Assembly: GCA_965277715.1 (NCBI GenBank)
Contig: OZ255836.1
Span: forward strand, 832,001-896,000
Direction: 5' to 3'
Length of the DNA: 64,000 nucleotides
Source of the DNA: Gammaproteobacteria bacterium
GTDB taxonomy: Bacteria; Pseudomonadota; Gammaproteobacteria; JBCCGL01
Below, piece after piece: positions 20,245 through 30,371 of this stretch. Made by a program: the position numbers and the translations under genes. The first letter of the stretch is position 1; every line of letters begins with the position of its first letter. The notes below the pieces were generated by a model, which was given only the letters and a program-made list of their open reading frames with translations, did no database searches and had not been told where the DNA came from.

Positions 20245-22581
20245 CTAAAACATCGAAAGCTGAGCACTGGTGATTTTTGCAAAACTGGTGTCCAGGCAAT
20301 TCAACAAACTGTCGGCAGCCGGGGCAAGTTGCCGTTCAATATAATGATCATAATCGAACGCTGAGGTGATGTTGTCTGCCGGTTCGGGGCCATTGACGGT
20401 GATGAAATAGCGAATCCAGCGGTCTTTATGCCGTGATTTACGGGCGGCCTGAACGTGTGGCGGTACGTTTTTTGTGTAGGTATCGAGCGGTTTGCGCAGG
20501 CGTTTTCTATAGCTTAACTGTTGATCCAGCTCGCCTTTGTTAAGGCGTTCGACGGTTTCCAATATCAAATCGGTATACGCCTGATCATTGAATATGCGCT
20601 GGTAGAGCTCACGTTGAAAATTGCGCGCCAAAGGCGTCCAGTCTGAACGCACGCTCTCCATACCCTTAAATATCAATACCCTCTCGCCGTCTTTTTCTAT
20701 TATGCCTGCGTAACGCTTTTTGCTGCCCTTGGTATCACCACGGGTAGTGGGCATCAAAAACCGACTGAAATGGGTCTCGAATTCCAGCTCCAGGCAGGAT
20801 TCGATGGCATATTCCTCTACCAGATGAGTCTGCCACCATTGGTTGAGTGTGTGCAGCAGTTGCATACCAGTTTGTTGTGCCTGATCGTGGGAATACCTTG
20901 GCCCCAACAGTATGAATACCGAGTCGGTATCGCCATAAATAACCGAAAAGCCTGCGGCCTCGATGTGATCACGCGTGTTTTGAATAATCTCATGGCCACG
21001 ACGGGTGATGCTGGAGGCGAGTTTGTGGTGGTGAAACCGACAGCCGGAGGTACCCAAAACGCCGTAAAACGAATTCATAATGATTTTTATCGCCTGCGAT
21101 AACGGGGCGTCATTCTGTTGTTTGGCACTATCACGCGATGCCCACAAGGTTGTGATGAGCTCGGGAAGAATAGGGTTGTCACGGCTAAAGCTGGCACCGT
21201 GAAAACCGGGCACCTGGTTGTCATCGTCCAAAATCAAACCGAGTGGATCGATCAAAAAGCTGCGGATGATACTTGGGTATAGGCTTTTAAAGTCGAATAC
21301 CAGTACGTTTTCATAGAGTCCGGGTTTTGAATCCATTACAAAGCCACCGGGGCTGGCAATATCGCTCTCCACATCGTCGATATTTTTTGCGACAAAACCG
21401 CGACGGTGCAGCCTCGGCAGGTAAAGATTGTCGAAGGCCGCCACTGAACCGCCTATACGGCCCAGGGCCAGGCCCGTGAGCTGGCTGCGCTGTAGGGTAA
21501 AATTGATCAACCCGGTCTTGTCAAAAATATCCTCCACCAACTGGCAGTCCAGGATGTTATAGGCGAGCAATTGATCTGGGTCCTGGGCGTATAAGTGTTG
21601 TATCTCCGCCACCTTGTCGTGGTTTTCGTCGATTAATTTACCTCGGCCAAGCAGTTCCTGAGCAACAAACTCCAGCGAAAAGCGCTCGAATGTCCAAAAG
21701 GCGGCGCGCAGCATTTCGATACCATCGATCACCAGCCGACCAGGTATTGCGGCAATATACGTTTGGCTGGTGTGCCCTGGCAGTAAAATGGCCGCCCGTG
21801 CGTCACCGCGTGCAAAATCAAATGTTAATCGCAGCGCAGCGCAGCGCTTTTGAATATAGGCAAGATCAAAACCGATGACATTCCAGCCAATAATAATGTC
21901 GGGGTCGTGTTGCTGTAACCAGGCAAAAAATGCCTGCAGCATGGCGGCTTCGCTCTCCTGAATCGAGAGCAGGGTGTTATCGGTGTTTTTGGGTGGTGCG
22001 TGCCAGTCTGGGTGTCGTTGGATAAAGGCATAGGCCTGGCGCTGTTGCGCAACGTCATGCCAGCTACAGGCAATCGAGATAATGTTGCCATTGATGCCGT
22101 CTGTCTCTATATCCAGAGAAATAACGGATAGTGTGCTGGTTAATACACCGGGTTTCATGCGGGGGTTGATAAAGGTTGTGTGGCCGTTTTTTGCCACACC
22201 GGTGCCGGTGAACTCGACCGCGCAGGTAATAAATCGCTCCATCAGGTAGCGGTCGGGTGGCTTAATATCGGCTTCGTAGAGGGTAATGCCCTGTTGTTTG
22301 CATTGCTGGCGAAAGTTGAGCAGTGCGCGCTGTTGTTGGAAATATACCGCACAAACCGGTGCTTTCTCATCGAGTGTCAGAAGTTCGAGGGGGCTTACCT
22401 GAGCGGCGGCACGGGCCAGGTCGGCATCCTGCTGTTTGATAAAACACACAGCCTGTTGCTGATTGATAACTAATTTAGCGGGTCCATTGTGTGTGGCCAG
22501 CCAATACGTCAATTCTATACCGCGTGAGGTGTCATACCCATGACGTGTCAGGATAGTGCCGGAAATACTGTTGTCACCCAT
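20245..22581 (-). CDS. polB: DNA polymerase II (family B)
   Basis: SLDIET, DFKSLYPSII, KIIMNSFYGVLG, YGDTDS and GSKKRYAG motifs. Confidence 0.97.
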   Translation of the reverse strand: MGDNSISGTILTRHGYDTSRGIELTYWLATHNGPAKLVINQQQAVCFIKQQDADLARAAAQVSPLELLTLDEKAPVCAVYFQQQRALLNFRQQCKQQGITLYEADIKPPDRYLMERFITCAVEFTGTGVAKNGHTTFINPRMKPGVLTSTLSVISLDIETDGINGNIISIACSWHDVAQQRQAYAFIQRHPDWHAPPKNTDNTLLSIQESEAAMLQAFFAWLQQHDPDIIIGWNVIGFDLAYIQKRCAALRLTFDFARGDARAAILLPGHTSQTYIAAIPGRLVIDGIEMLRAAFWTFERFSLEFVAQELLGRGKLIDENHDKVAEIQHLYAQDPDQLLAYNILDCQLVEDIFDKTGLINFTLQRSQLTGLALGRIGGSVAAFDNLYLPRLHRRGFVAKNIDDVESDIASPGGFVMDSKPGLYENVLVFDFKSLYPSIIRSFLIDPLGLILDDDNQVPGFHGASFSRDNPILPELITTLWASRDSAKQQNDAPLSQAIKIIMNSFYGVLGTSGCRFHHHKLASSITRRGHEIIQNTRDHIEAAGFSVIYGDTDSVFILLGPRYSHDQAQQTGMQLLHTLNQWWQTHLVEEYAIESCLELEFETHFSRFLMPTTRGDTKGSKKRYAGIIEKDGERVLIFKGMESVRSDWTPLARNFQRELYQRIFNDQAYTDLILETVERLNKGELDQQLSYRKRLRKPLDTYTKNVPPHVQAARKSRHKDRWIRYFITVNGPEPADNITSAFDYDHYIERQLAPAADSLLNCLDTSFAKITSAQLSMF

Positions 22582-23108
22582 AAGCGGGCATTGTATCGCC
22601 AGTTGGCAGTACGGGCTGTGTTATTTGTGCCTATTGCGAGGCTTTAAAGATGAATTAAATGCTTATTCAGAGCTTACCTGAAATGAAGTGTAAACACTGA
22701 TGCTGCGCTTGTTGTCATTGATCTGTTCGACATAACCGTAAACGTAAACAGCCAGTAGCAACACCGTTACCAATAACATTGTTGGCGTATCTGACCATCG
22801 CTGTATATATATCATCTCTCCCGGGGTTTACCTGCGCTGACAGTTGTGTTATCTGCAATTTGGGTTTAAAAAACGGGCAATAGTTATTCCGTATTTGTGA
22901 CGAGTGCCCGAACCTGACAGGTGTTCAAGTACTATCGGTATATTCGGCTTAAAATGATGTGAAAAAATCACCTCGCTGGCTGTTTATTTTATCTGCGCAC
23001 TCCGTGTTTTGCGCTTGTGTGATAAAAAACCAACTGTTTTCAGTATTTGCGCTACTATCCAAACGGATTGTATTGAACGTAAATAAACGAATAATCTGAG
23101 AAAAGACA

Positions 23109-25529
23109 ATGACACTTTTAATCTGGATAGCAATTTTGTTCGGGGCCTTGTACGGCATTGCCAAAACCCGTGCCAGCTTTGTACTGTGCTGCGCCGTCAC
23201 CGCTGTCGCGCTGTTTATTTTGTGTGGCCTTGATTTTCTCGATGGGGCATACGCCTTCGTGGCCTGGAGCGTATTCCTGCTGATTGCCGTACCCCTGAAC
23301 AGCGTACAGATTCGGCAGCGTTTTATCAGTGCGCCCCTGTTGCAATACATCAAATCGGCATTGCCACCGATGTCAGAAACCGAGCGCACGGCCATCGAGG
23401 CGGGCACTGTCTGGTGGGAGGCCGAGTTGTTTCAGGGCAACCCCGATTGGCAAAAACTGCTGCAAATGCCCGCACCGCAGTTTAGCCCGGAGGAACAGGC
23501 GTTTATCGATGGGCCGGTCGAGACACTGTGCGCCATGCTCGATGACTGGCAAATCACCCACGAGTTCAAGGACTTGCCTGAGCCTGTTTGGCAGTTTATG
23601 AAGGATAATGGCTTTTTTGGGTTAATTATCGCCAAAGAATTTGGTGGGCACGGCTTCTCTGCGTTGGCGCACTCGCAAATTGTAATGAAAGTATCCAGCC
23701 GCAGTGTCTCGGCGGGGGTTACCGTAATGGTGCCCAACTCATTGGGGCCTGCCGAGCTGTTATACCACTACGGTACTGAGGAACAAAAGAACCACTACTT
23801 ACCCCGGCTCGCTGCCGGTAAAGAAATTCCCTGTTTTGCACTGACCGGGCCAAATGCAGGATCAGATGCGGGCGCCATCCCCGATTACGGCATTGTCTGC
23901 AAAGGCAGACACAAGGGCAAAACAGTACTGGGGTTAAACGTCAGTTGGGAAAAGCGCTATATCACATTAGGCCCGGTAGCGACATTGCTGGGGCTGGCTT
24001 TCAAAGCCTACGACCCAGACCACTTGCTCGGTGACAGCGAGGAGCTAGGCATTACCTGTGCGCTAATCCCGACAAAAACCAAAGGGGTGAAAATTGGCAA
24101 TCGACATTTTCCGCTTAACCAGGCTTTTATGAATGGCCCGAACAGCGGTGAAAATGTCTTTATCCCGATGGAATGGATCATCGGTGGGCAGGAAATGCTA
24201 GGGCAGGGGTGGCGAATGCTGATGGAATCACTCTCGACCGGGCGTGGTGTATCACTGCCATCCTCCGGCACCAGCTCTGGCAAATTTGCCAGCCGCGTCA
24301 CCGGTGCTTATGCCCGTGTGCGCAAACAGTTTAATCTGCCGATAGGAAAATTTGAGGGGGTCGAGGAAGCCTTGGCGCGCATTGCCGGGTTGACCTATAT
24401 GATGGATGCGGGGCGATTGCTCACCTGCGTCGCCCTCGACCAGGGTGAAAAGCCCTCAGTGGTATCGGCCATACTGAAATACCACAACACCGAACAAATG
24501 CGCCAGGTGATGAATGATGCGATGGATATTCACGGTGGCCGGGGAATTTGCATGGGGCCGAACAACTACCTTGCACGCGCCTATCAGGGAGTACCGGTCG
24601 GCATTACAGTGGAAGGGGCCAACATTCTCACGCGCAGCATGATTATTTTTGGCCAGGGTGCAATGCGCTGCCACCCCTATGTTGTGCGGGAGATTGAAGC
24701 GGCCTCAAATAAAGACAGCCACATTGGTTTGCCCGCATTTGACGAAGCCTTATTTCAACATCTCGGCTATACCGTGCGCAACGGTGCGCGCGCCCTGTTG
24801 TTTGGTTTAACCCGCAGCAACTTAGCCGATGCACCTGTAAACGGCGAGCACGCCAAATACTATAAACGCCTGGCCCGCATGAGCGCCGCTTATGCTTTTG
24901 TCGCTGATCTGGCCATGTTGTTTTTGGGCGGTGGGCTAAAGCGCAAAGAAAAACTCTCTGCCCGTTTTGCCGATGCGCTGACCTATATGTTTATGTGCTC
25001 GGCAGTGTTGAAGCGCTATGAAGACACAGGGCGGCCGACGGCTGACCGACCGCTGATGGAGTGGGGGGTTAAATACGCGCTCTACCAAATACAAAGTGCC
25101 CTCGACGAAATCCTGCGGAACTTCCCCAACCGTCTGGTTGGCCAGTGTTTGCGCGCTATTATTTTCCCTATGGGCCGACGCTTTCGCGCCCCCAACGATG
25201 CATTGGGGCAAAAAGTCGCAACATTATTACTGGCACCTTCTGACGCACGAGACCGATTGACCGATGGCATCTATCACAACAATAACCCCGATGATATTAC
25301 CGGCAAACTTGAACATGCCCTGCAATTGATTATTGAGGCAGATCCCATCGAAAAACGCTTGCGCGATCAAGGTGTAAACAAACCATTTAACTGTGATTAC
25401 CCGCGCTGGATTGCCGCGTTACTGGATGAAAAAAACATCACCCAACAAGAAGCCGATTGCCTGTTAAACAGCTACCAGGCCAGCCGTAATGCCATCATGG
25501 TGGATGACTTTGAGCCGGATAAACTGTGA
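23109..25529 (+). CDS. fadE: Acyl-CoA dehydrogenase FadE (membrane-anchored)
   Basis: N-terminal TM segments, VPNSLGPAELL, CFALTGPNAGSDAG, ITVEGANILTRSMIIFGQGA. Confidence 0.95.
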   Translation: MTLLIWIAILFGALYGIAKTRASFVLCCAVTAVALFILCGLDFLDGAYAFVAWSVFLLIAVPLNSVQIRQRFISAPLLQYIKSALPPMSETERTAIEAGTVWWEAELFQGNPDWQKLLQMPAPQFSPEEQAFIDGPVETLCAMLDDWQITHEFKDLPEPVWQFMKDNGFFGLIIAKEFGGHGFSALAHSQIVMKVSSRSVSAGVTVMVPNSLGPAELLYHYGTEEQKNHYLPRLAAGKEIPCFALTGPNAGSDAGAIPDYGIVCKGRHKGKTVLGLNVSWEKRYITLGPVATLLGLAFKAYDPDHLLGDSEELGITCALIPTKTKGVKIGNRHFPLNQAFMNGPNSGENVFIPMEWIIGGQEMLGQGWRMLMESLSTGRGVSLPSSGTSSGKFASRVTGAYARVRKQFNLPIGKFEGVEEALARIAGLTYMMDAGRLLTCVALDQGEKPSVVSAILKYHNTEQMRQVMNDAMDIHGGRGICMGPNNYLARAYQGVPVGITVEGANILTRSMIIFGQGAMRCHPYVVREIEAASNKDSHIGLPAFDEALFQHLGYTVRNGARALLFGLTRSNLADAPVNGEHAKYYKRLARMSAAYAFVADLAMLFLGGGLKRKEKLSARFADALTYMFMCSAVLKRYEDTGRPTADRPLMEWGVKYALYQIQSALDEILRNFPNRLVGQCLRAIIFPMGRRFRAPNDALGQKVATLLLAPSDARDRLTDGIYHNNNPDDITGKLEHALQLIIEADPIEKRLRDQGVNKPFNCDYPRWIAALLDEKNITQQEADCLLNSYQASRNAIMVDDFEPDKL

Positions 25530-25904
25530 CCTTAAAACACTGCTTGGCACAGAACCTCGTATCAAGGCCTCTCAGAGGCTAAAACACGGATTTCTGGTTG
25601 ACTGATCGAACGGTATTATTGATGAATTCATAGCTGCCTCCAGGGGATGAGGCTTTTAATATCTGAACCCAACTGTCAAACGGATAGTACGTCTATATAT
25701 TGGTGCTTACGTTGAAGTTGACATACATGCTTTATTTTCCTATAAACGTGGGTAAGCTTTTCAAATCTTAGGTTTCCTGGTTTGCCAGGTAATATCAACT
25801 TATCAGGGCGAACTTGTTTGATTTTCCGGGTAGTATCCAATATTAGGGAAGATTGGTTTGGTGCTAATTGTTATGCATAATTTAAACAACAAAGGAGTTA
25901 ATTT

Positions 25905-26696
25905 ATGAAGAAAATAATAAATAAACTATTGCTAACTGCAGTGGTGTTAATGTCAGGATGTACATCTTTACCAAAGGAAACTGTCGAATTATCAGAAGTG
26001 ACAGGGTACCAAATTACAGCGTTACATGAATCACATATAGGGTTTATTGAGCTGTATTATGGGAAGTTACGCGAAGATATCAATGATTTCATTGATGAGA
26101 AATGGACGCCATTATTTCTGTCCAAAGCTATTAATAATTTAGCGTTTCGCGCTGATCTTGATGCTGCTTATTTGACAAGTAACATTAAAGCTAGTGACAT
26201 ATCTATTACATGGAGAGGCAAAGAAATAAAAGACCCGCAAAAAAGCATCGTTTTACAGGGGGTAGAAACAGCAGTAACAGACGAAAAAGCAAAGTTAGGT
26301 GATACGTTGCTGGAATGGTCAGAGGAGGCTCAATACCAAATAAACAAAAAACGGCATGAACTACTTAAACCAGTAAACGAACAGGAAAAAATGGTAATTA
26401 GTGAAATAAACGGGGCTTTTTTCGACTTGCAAAGGTCTCAGGCAGCAATCAAAGGTTACCTTGCATCGGCTGTTGATTTAAGAGAAAAAAGCAATGAGAT
26501 TCTACAAAAGCTTGGGGCTTTGGAAAGGGTTGGAAATGTTATGAATGCCATCACTGATGCAAATGAAAAGGTAAGCACTATTTTGGGTGCCAAAGATGGT
26601 GCCCAAAAAGCGCTGAAAGATTTTTTAATTCAAATAGAGGCATCGAGTGACAATATAATGAACGCGGCCAATAAAAAAATTGAAGGGGAGAAATAA
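25905..26696 (+). CDS. Hypothetical lipoprotein, helical, AT-rich
   Basis: MKK...LLLTAVVLMSGC lipobox and a good RBS (AAGGAG). No family recognised. Confidence 0.75.
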   Translation: MKKIINKLLLTAVVLMSGCTSLPKETVELSEVTGYQITALHESHIGFIELYYGKLREDINDFIDEKWTPLFLSKAINNLAFRADLDAAYLTSNIKASDISITWRGKEIKDPQKSIVLQGVETAVTDEKAKLGDTLLEWSEEAQYQINKKRHELLKPVNEQEKMVISEINGAFFDLQRSQAAIKGYLASAVDLREKSNEILQKLGALERVGNVMNAITDANEKVSTILGAKDGAQKALKDFLIQIEASSDNIMNAANKKIEGEK

Positions 26697-26697
26697 A

Positions 26698-26952
26698 ATG
26701 GGAAAATATGATCTAAGCAATGAAGCAGAAGAGACAGATTTGGAGCTTGGTAGTGCTATTGAAAAACTGGGGGCACTTACTGATTCAAAAATTGCTGAGT
26801 TATTGCCTAACAGGGTCGATCAGGATGAGCTTAGCAGGCTGATTAAAGCTGTAAATGAGGCGACTAGTGAAAACGGTAAAAAAACTATAATGGTAGAGCG
26901 CCTAGGAACAATCTCATCAGTTGTGAAAGATGTGGTGTTGAAATTAGTGTAG
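26698..26952 (+). CDS. Small hypothetical protein coupled to the lipoprotein gene
   Basis: ATG 1 bp after the upstream stop, with a GGGGAG RBS. 84 aa. Confidence 0.7.
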   Translation: MGKYDLSNEAEETDLELGSAIEKLGALTDSKIAELLPNRVDQDELSRLIKAVNEATSENGKKTIMVERLGTISSVVKDVVLKLV

Positions 26953-27374
26953 AGCATAACAAGACCAATTGAGCTGGGCTTACCTTTCAGTAGCTGCGCT
27001 GCGCTTGTAGTTGAAAAAAAGCAGTTGCCTGTGCTTTTCTGATAACGATAGGTCGCCCAAATCTGTAGTGCATGTTCCTAATACACAAATGAATATCAAA
27101 GGTAAGGCTCTTACTCAAGCTGGTTACGGCGTTTTTCAAGCTAGTTATCGCCTAGAGTATAATTTATGCCGCCTTGTTCTTTCCTCGCACAGGGTTAAGG
27201 TGAACGCCTTTCACTTGATCAACCTATTCCTCTGAAAAACGCCTTATAAAAAGTGCATTACTCAGGCTGATGTGTTCGATGCTTAGCGCGCTTTTTACAC
27301 GCAGTTATCCAAAATAACACGTCAGGTATGGCGCTCTATCAGAGGCAACTAAAACCTCTCTTACTCGCATATTT

Positions 27375-29321
27375 GTGATTACTTACCGGACACCAATACT
27401 TATGCATTGTTCTTGGCTAACAACAAAACATTCTCGATACCTTCCAAATAATGTTTTGGATGAGTCTTTACATTATCGGGGTGGAAGCACGACATTGATT
27501 ACGCTCTATAATGAGCCTGGAGAGCAACTGGCACTGAGTTTACTCGCACTTACTAAATCGATTCAATGGTCGCAAGCAAAAAACGCAGCAACCCAGAATA
27601 ACGCTAAACAAATCTTGCCACACACAATATGTATTATCGCAGACGGTTACCACAACCTGAGTGACTCCGCAAAAGCAGTTTTTAAACACTTAGGGAAAGA
27701 CCTGGAACGGGATGAGCTATCCACTAGCGATATGCTAATTCACAATACTTCCATCAATACGGCAGAACTTATTCAATCATTGGAAGGTATCAATTTCCAT
27801 CAAACCAGCTTGCATAAGAATACCGCAGTCAAACTATTACTGTGTATTAAACGCGAAAATTCTGGCAAGTTAGACACTCATTGGTGGTATTACAGATTAC
27901 TGTGCCCAACAATAGAGCCACAATTTTGTTTTCATCTAGATACCGCAACAGAGCCATGCCTCGAATCTATTTACCACATGGAACAGTGTATGCTTGACAA
28001 TAGCGAGGTGGGAGCGGTCGCTAGCAGCGTATGTATAAAACCACTCGAAAATGTTATTGAGATACTGAATATATGGCAATACCGAAGCTTGCTAAACTCC
28101 GTGTATCTTGAGTGGCCGACAGATGAGCTTCTGTCGTATTTAAATGTTATTCCCGGCCAGTATGGTGTAATGCGCTGGGAGGCAATTGCTGATGATAAAG
28201 AGCGGGATGATGTGCAACGAGAAGGTTTACAGCCTCTTGATATATACTTTAAAGGGCTTGGAAAATTGCCGCCATTTGAATCTTCCCTTTACTTGGCTGA
28301 GGATCGTGTACTTTGTAAAGAGGTGATACTTCGGCCAAAGCACTCATGGAAGCTCAAACACGTTGACCACGCCATTGCTTATAGTGACGCTTGCGAGAAC
28401 TTACCTGAGTTGTTGCAACAACGTCGACGCTGGAATGTTGGCACACTAGCCTCTCGTGCAAGCTACCTTTTACGTTTACCCCAATGCCTAACATCAGATG
28501 AGCACTCCCGCCTATCTAAACTTAAGATGCTTTTTTTTGGTGCTATACAAGTTATTCGTCTTCTAATGGATTGGTTTTCACTACTGGTACCGCTAGCCTA
28601 TTACGATATTGCCAGCAGTGCCCTTGCTACAACAAAATCGGGTTCGCTAACATATTATTACAGCTTTGGCATTTCTGTTGTCACGGCGCTCATGCTGATT
28701 TGGCAGTTTTATATATCGCTAAGGGGTAAAACAGACGAGGTTGCAGAATACTCGCTATGGCTATCTATTGCCATTCAAGCGATATTTGCTTTGAGTATGT
28801 ATCCTCATTTGCTTACTAGCGACAAGGGCGGCATCGCCTTATTATTAATGTCATTCTCGCTACTTTGCGTTCCATTTATCTCTGCATACAAAAAGTTCGT
28901 GCCAACGTCTGCGATTTTTCGTGACAGTATTTTTTATTTTGTCTGTTCTCCCATTATCTCTTACCAGCTATGGATATTTGCTATTTGTAATACTCACCAG
29001 ACTAGTTGGGGCACCAAAGGATTACAGGCGCCAAACCGCTATGGGAACAAACACCGCCAAGCCGAATTTACAAGATTTCGCTGGTATATTCTTAGCTTAT
29101 GGATCATCTCAAGCAGTGGTATGACGGTGGCCCTATATAAGTCACTCACTGCAAACGAATATAACGGCGTTATTTTAGCCCTGGGCGTACAAGCGGCGAT
29201 AATACTGCTCGCCACTGTCGCCACGATGATACGAGCGACACTCTCGACAATGAGACAAGGGGTAAAAACAGCTCACAAGTACTTCATCCGAGCCCTGCGG
29301 ACAATTGGAATTACGGGGTAG
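27375..29321 (+). CDS. Chitin-synthase-like GT2 glycosyltransferase (fungal division-1-like motifs), start uncertain
   Basis: ITLYNE, ICIIADG, KRENSGKLDTHWW, LDTAT, VIPG, YLAEDRVLC, QRRRW, several TM helices and SWGTKG. Confidence 0.82.
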   Translation: MITYRTPILMHCSWLTTKHSRYLPNNVLDESLHYRGGSTTLITLYNEPGEQLALSLLALTKSIQWSQAKNAATQNNAKQILPHTICIIADGYHNLSDSAKAVFKHLGKDLERDELSTSDMLIHNTSINTAELIQSLEGINFHQTSLHKNTAVKLLLCIKRENSGKLDTHWWYYRLLCPTIEPQFCFHLDTATEPCLESIYHMEQCMLDNSEVGAVASSVCIKPLENVIEILNIWQYRSLLNSVYLEWPTDELLSYLNVIPGQYGVMRWEAIADDKERDDVQREGLQPLDIYFKGLGKLPPFESSLYLAEDRVLCKEVILRPKHSWKLKHVDHAIAYSDACENLPELLQQRRRWNVGTLASRASYLLRLPQCLTSDEHSRLSKLKMLFFGAIQVIRLLMDWFSLLVPLAYYDIASSALATTKSGSLTYYYSFGISVVTALMLIWQFYISLRGKTDEVAEYSLWLSIAIQAIFALSMYPHLLTSDKGGIALLLMSFSLLCVPFISAYKKFVPTSAIFRDSIFYFVCSPIISYQLWIFAICNTHQTSWGTKGLQAPNRYGNKHRQAEFTRFRWYILSLWIISSSGMTVALYKSLTANEYNGVILALGVQAAIILLATVATMIRATLSTMRQGVKTAHKYFIRALRTIGITG

Positions 29322-29534
29322 AAATTAATCTGTCGAACTCAAAACCTGATCTGACAGTTAATCACCGAAAACCCGGTAACTGTCTGAACTTCTACGCTTC
29401 AGGCCCCTTGATACGGATCTTGATCAATATATTCCCACATTTCATTCTGATGCAGCCACATCGGGTCAGTTACCCTGACAACTTAATCCCGCCTGCAAGT
29501 TTGAGGTGTATTGAGTCTCACCATCAAAATAGAG

Positions 29535-30371
29535 TCAACCGGGCTTTCTATCATCAACAATATCCATACCCGCCATCGCACTGACCCCTAATGAAATAGA
29601 CGCAAACGGGCCGCCGTGGTGGGTGTTTGCCAGGTCGTTCAAGTCCTGGGGCGGGGTTTCAGCGAGGATTTTATCGGCAAACTGTTCGGCATTGTCGTTG
29701 GGGCGAAATCCCAGAAAATGCACTTTGGCATTGTCGACCGGCGCCCTGTCGTTGTTTGATACGCCGTATATCACAGCGAAGCCGGTTGCCGGGGTTGAGA
29801 TGGCTCGCTCGACCAGTTGAATCAAATCCGGGTAGGAGAGCCAGGTGCCCAGGGCGCGGGCGCTGGTTACCTGTGCACACGAGAGGATGCGCAGGCACAC
29901 CGCTTCAACCTGGCGTTTGTCCCAGTAGAGCCTGGCGAGGTCTTCTGCGAAACATTTGGAAAGACCATAGAAGGTATCCGGTTTATGCTGGGCGTCAGTG
30001 CCAATAAAATCCATTTTTGAATGCATACCTACCGCGTGGATGGAGCTGGCGTAAACCACCCGGCGAACGCCTTGCCTGTAAGCCGCTTCCCAGATGTTGT
30101 AGGCACCAATGATGTTAGGGCCAAGGATGTTTTCAAAGGGTGCCTCGTCACCAATTGCACCAAAGTGCACAACCATATCGGCGCCTTCAAGTAAGGCGTG
30201 TATCGCATCGTAATTTTGCAAATCAGCCTGGACATACGACTCACCCGAGTAAAGTGTCTCCAGACCCTCGACCAGATCAGAGGATACCAAGGCATCCGCC
30301 AGCTTGGATAAAGGCTCGCGCAGGTAGGAGCCAAGGCGACCAGCCGCGCCGGTTAGTACGATTTTCTTCAT
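29535..30371 (-). CDS. NAD-dependent epimerase/dehydrogenase (uronate dehydrogenase-like)
   Basis: TGAAGRLG, YASSIHAVG and PDTFYGLSK (YxxxK) motifs. Confidence 0.85.
   Translation of the reverse strand: MKKIVLTGAAGRLGSYLREPLSKLADALVSSDLVEGLETLYSGESYVQADLQNYDAIHALLEGADMVVHFGAIGDEAPFENILGPNIIGAYNIWEAAYRQGVRRVVYASSIHAVGMHSKMDFIGTDAQHKPDTFYGLSKCFAEDLARLYWDKRQVEAVCLRILSCAQVTSARALGTWLSYPDLIQLVERAISTPATGFAVIYGVSNNDRAPVDNAKVHFLGFRPNDNAEQFADKILAETPPQDLNDLANTHHGGPFASISLGVSAMAGMDIVDDRKPG

Noticed and set aside
27011-27235. 74-aa ORF between the cassette-like pair and the chitin synthase-like gene
   Set aside because: TTG start, no RBS and no recognisable motif.
25558-29416. CGTATCAAGG / CCTTGATACG inverted 10-mers near both ends of the AT-rich insert, and a partial inverted repeat at ~29343-29390
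   Set aside because: Too short and degenerate to call element ends. No target duplication or transposase is evident; they could be REP- or IS-end debris.
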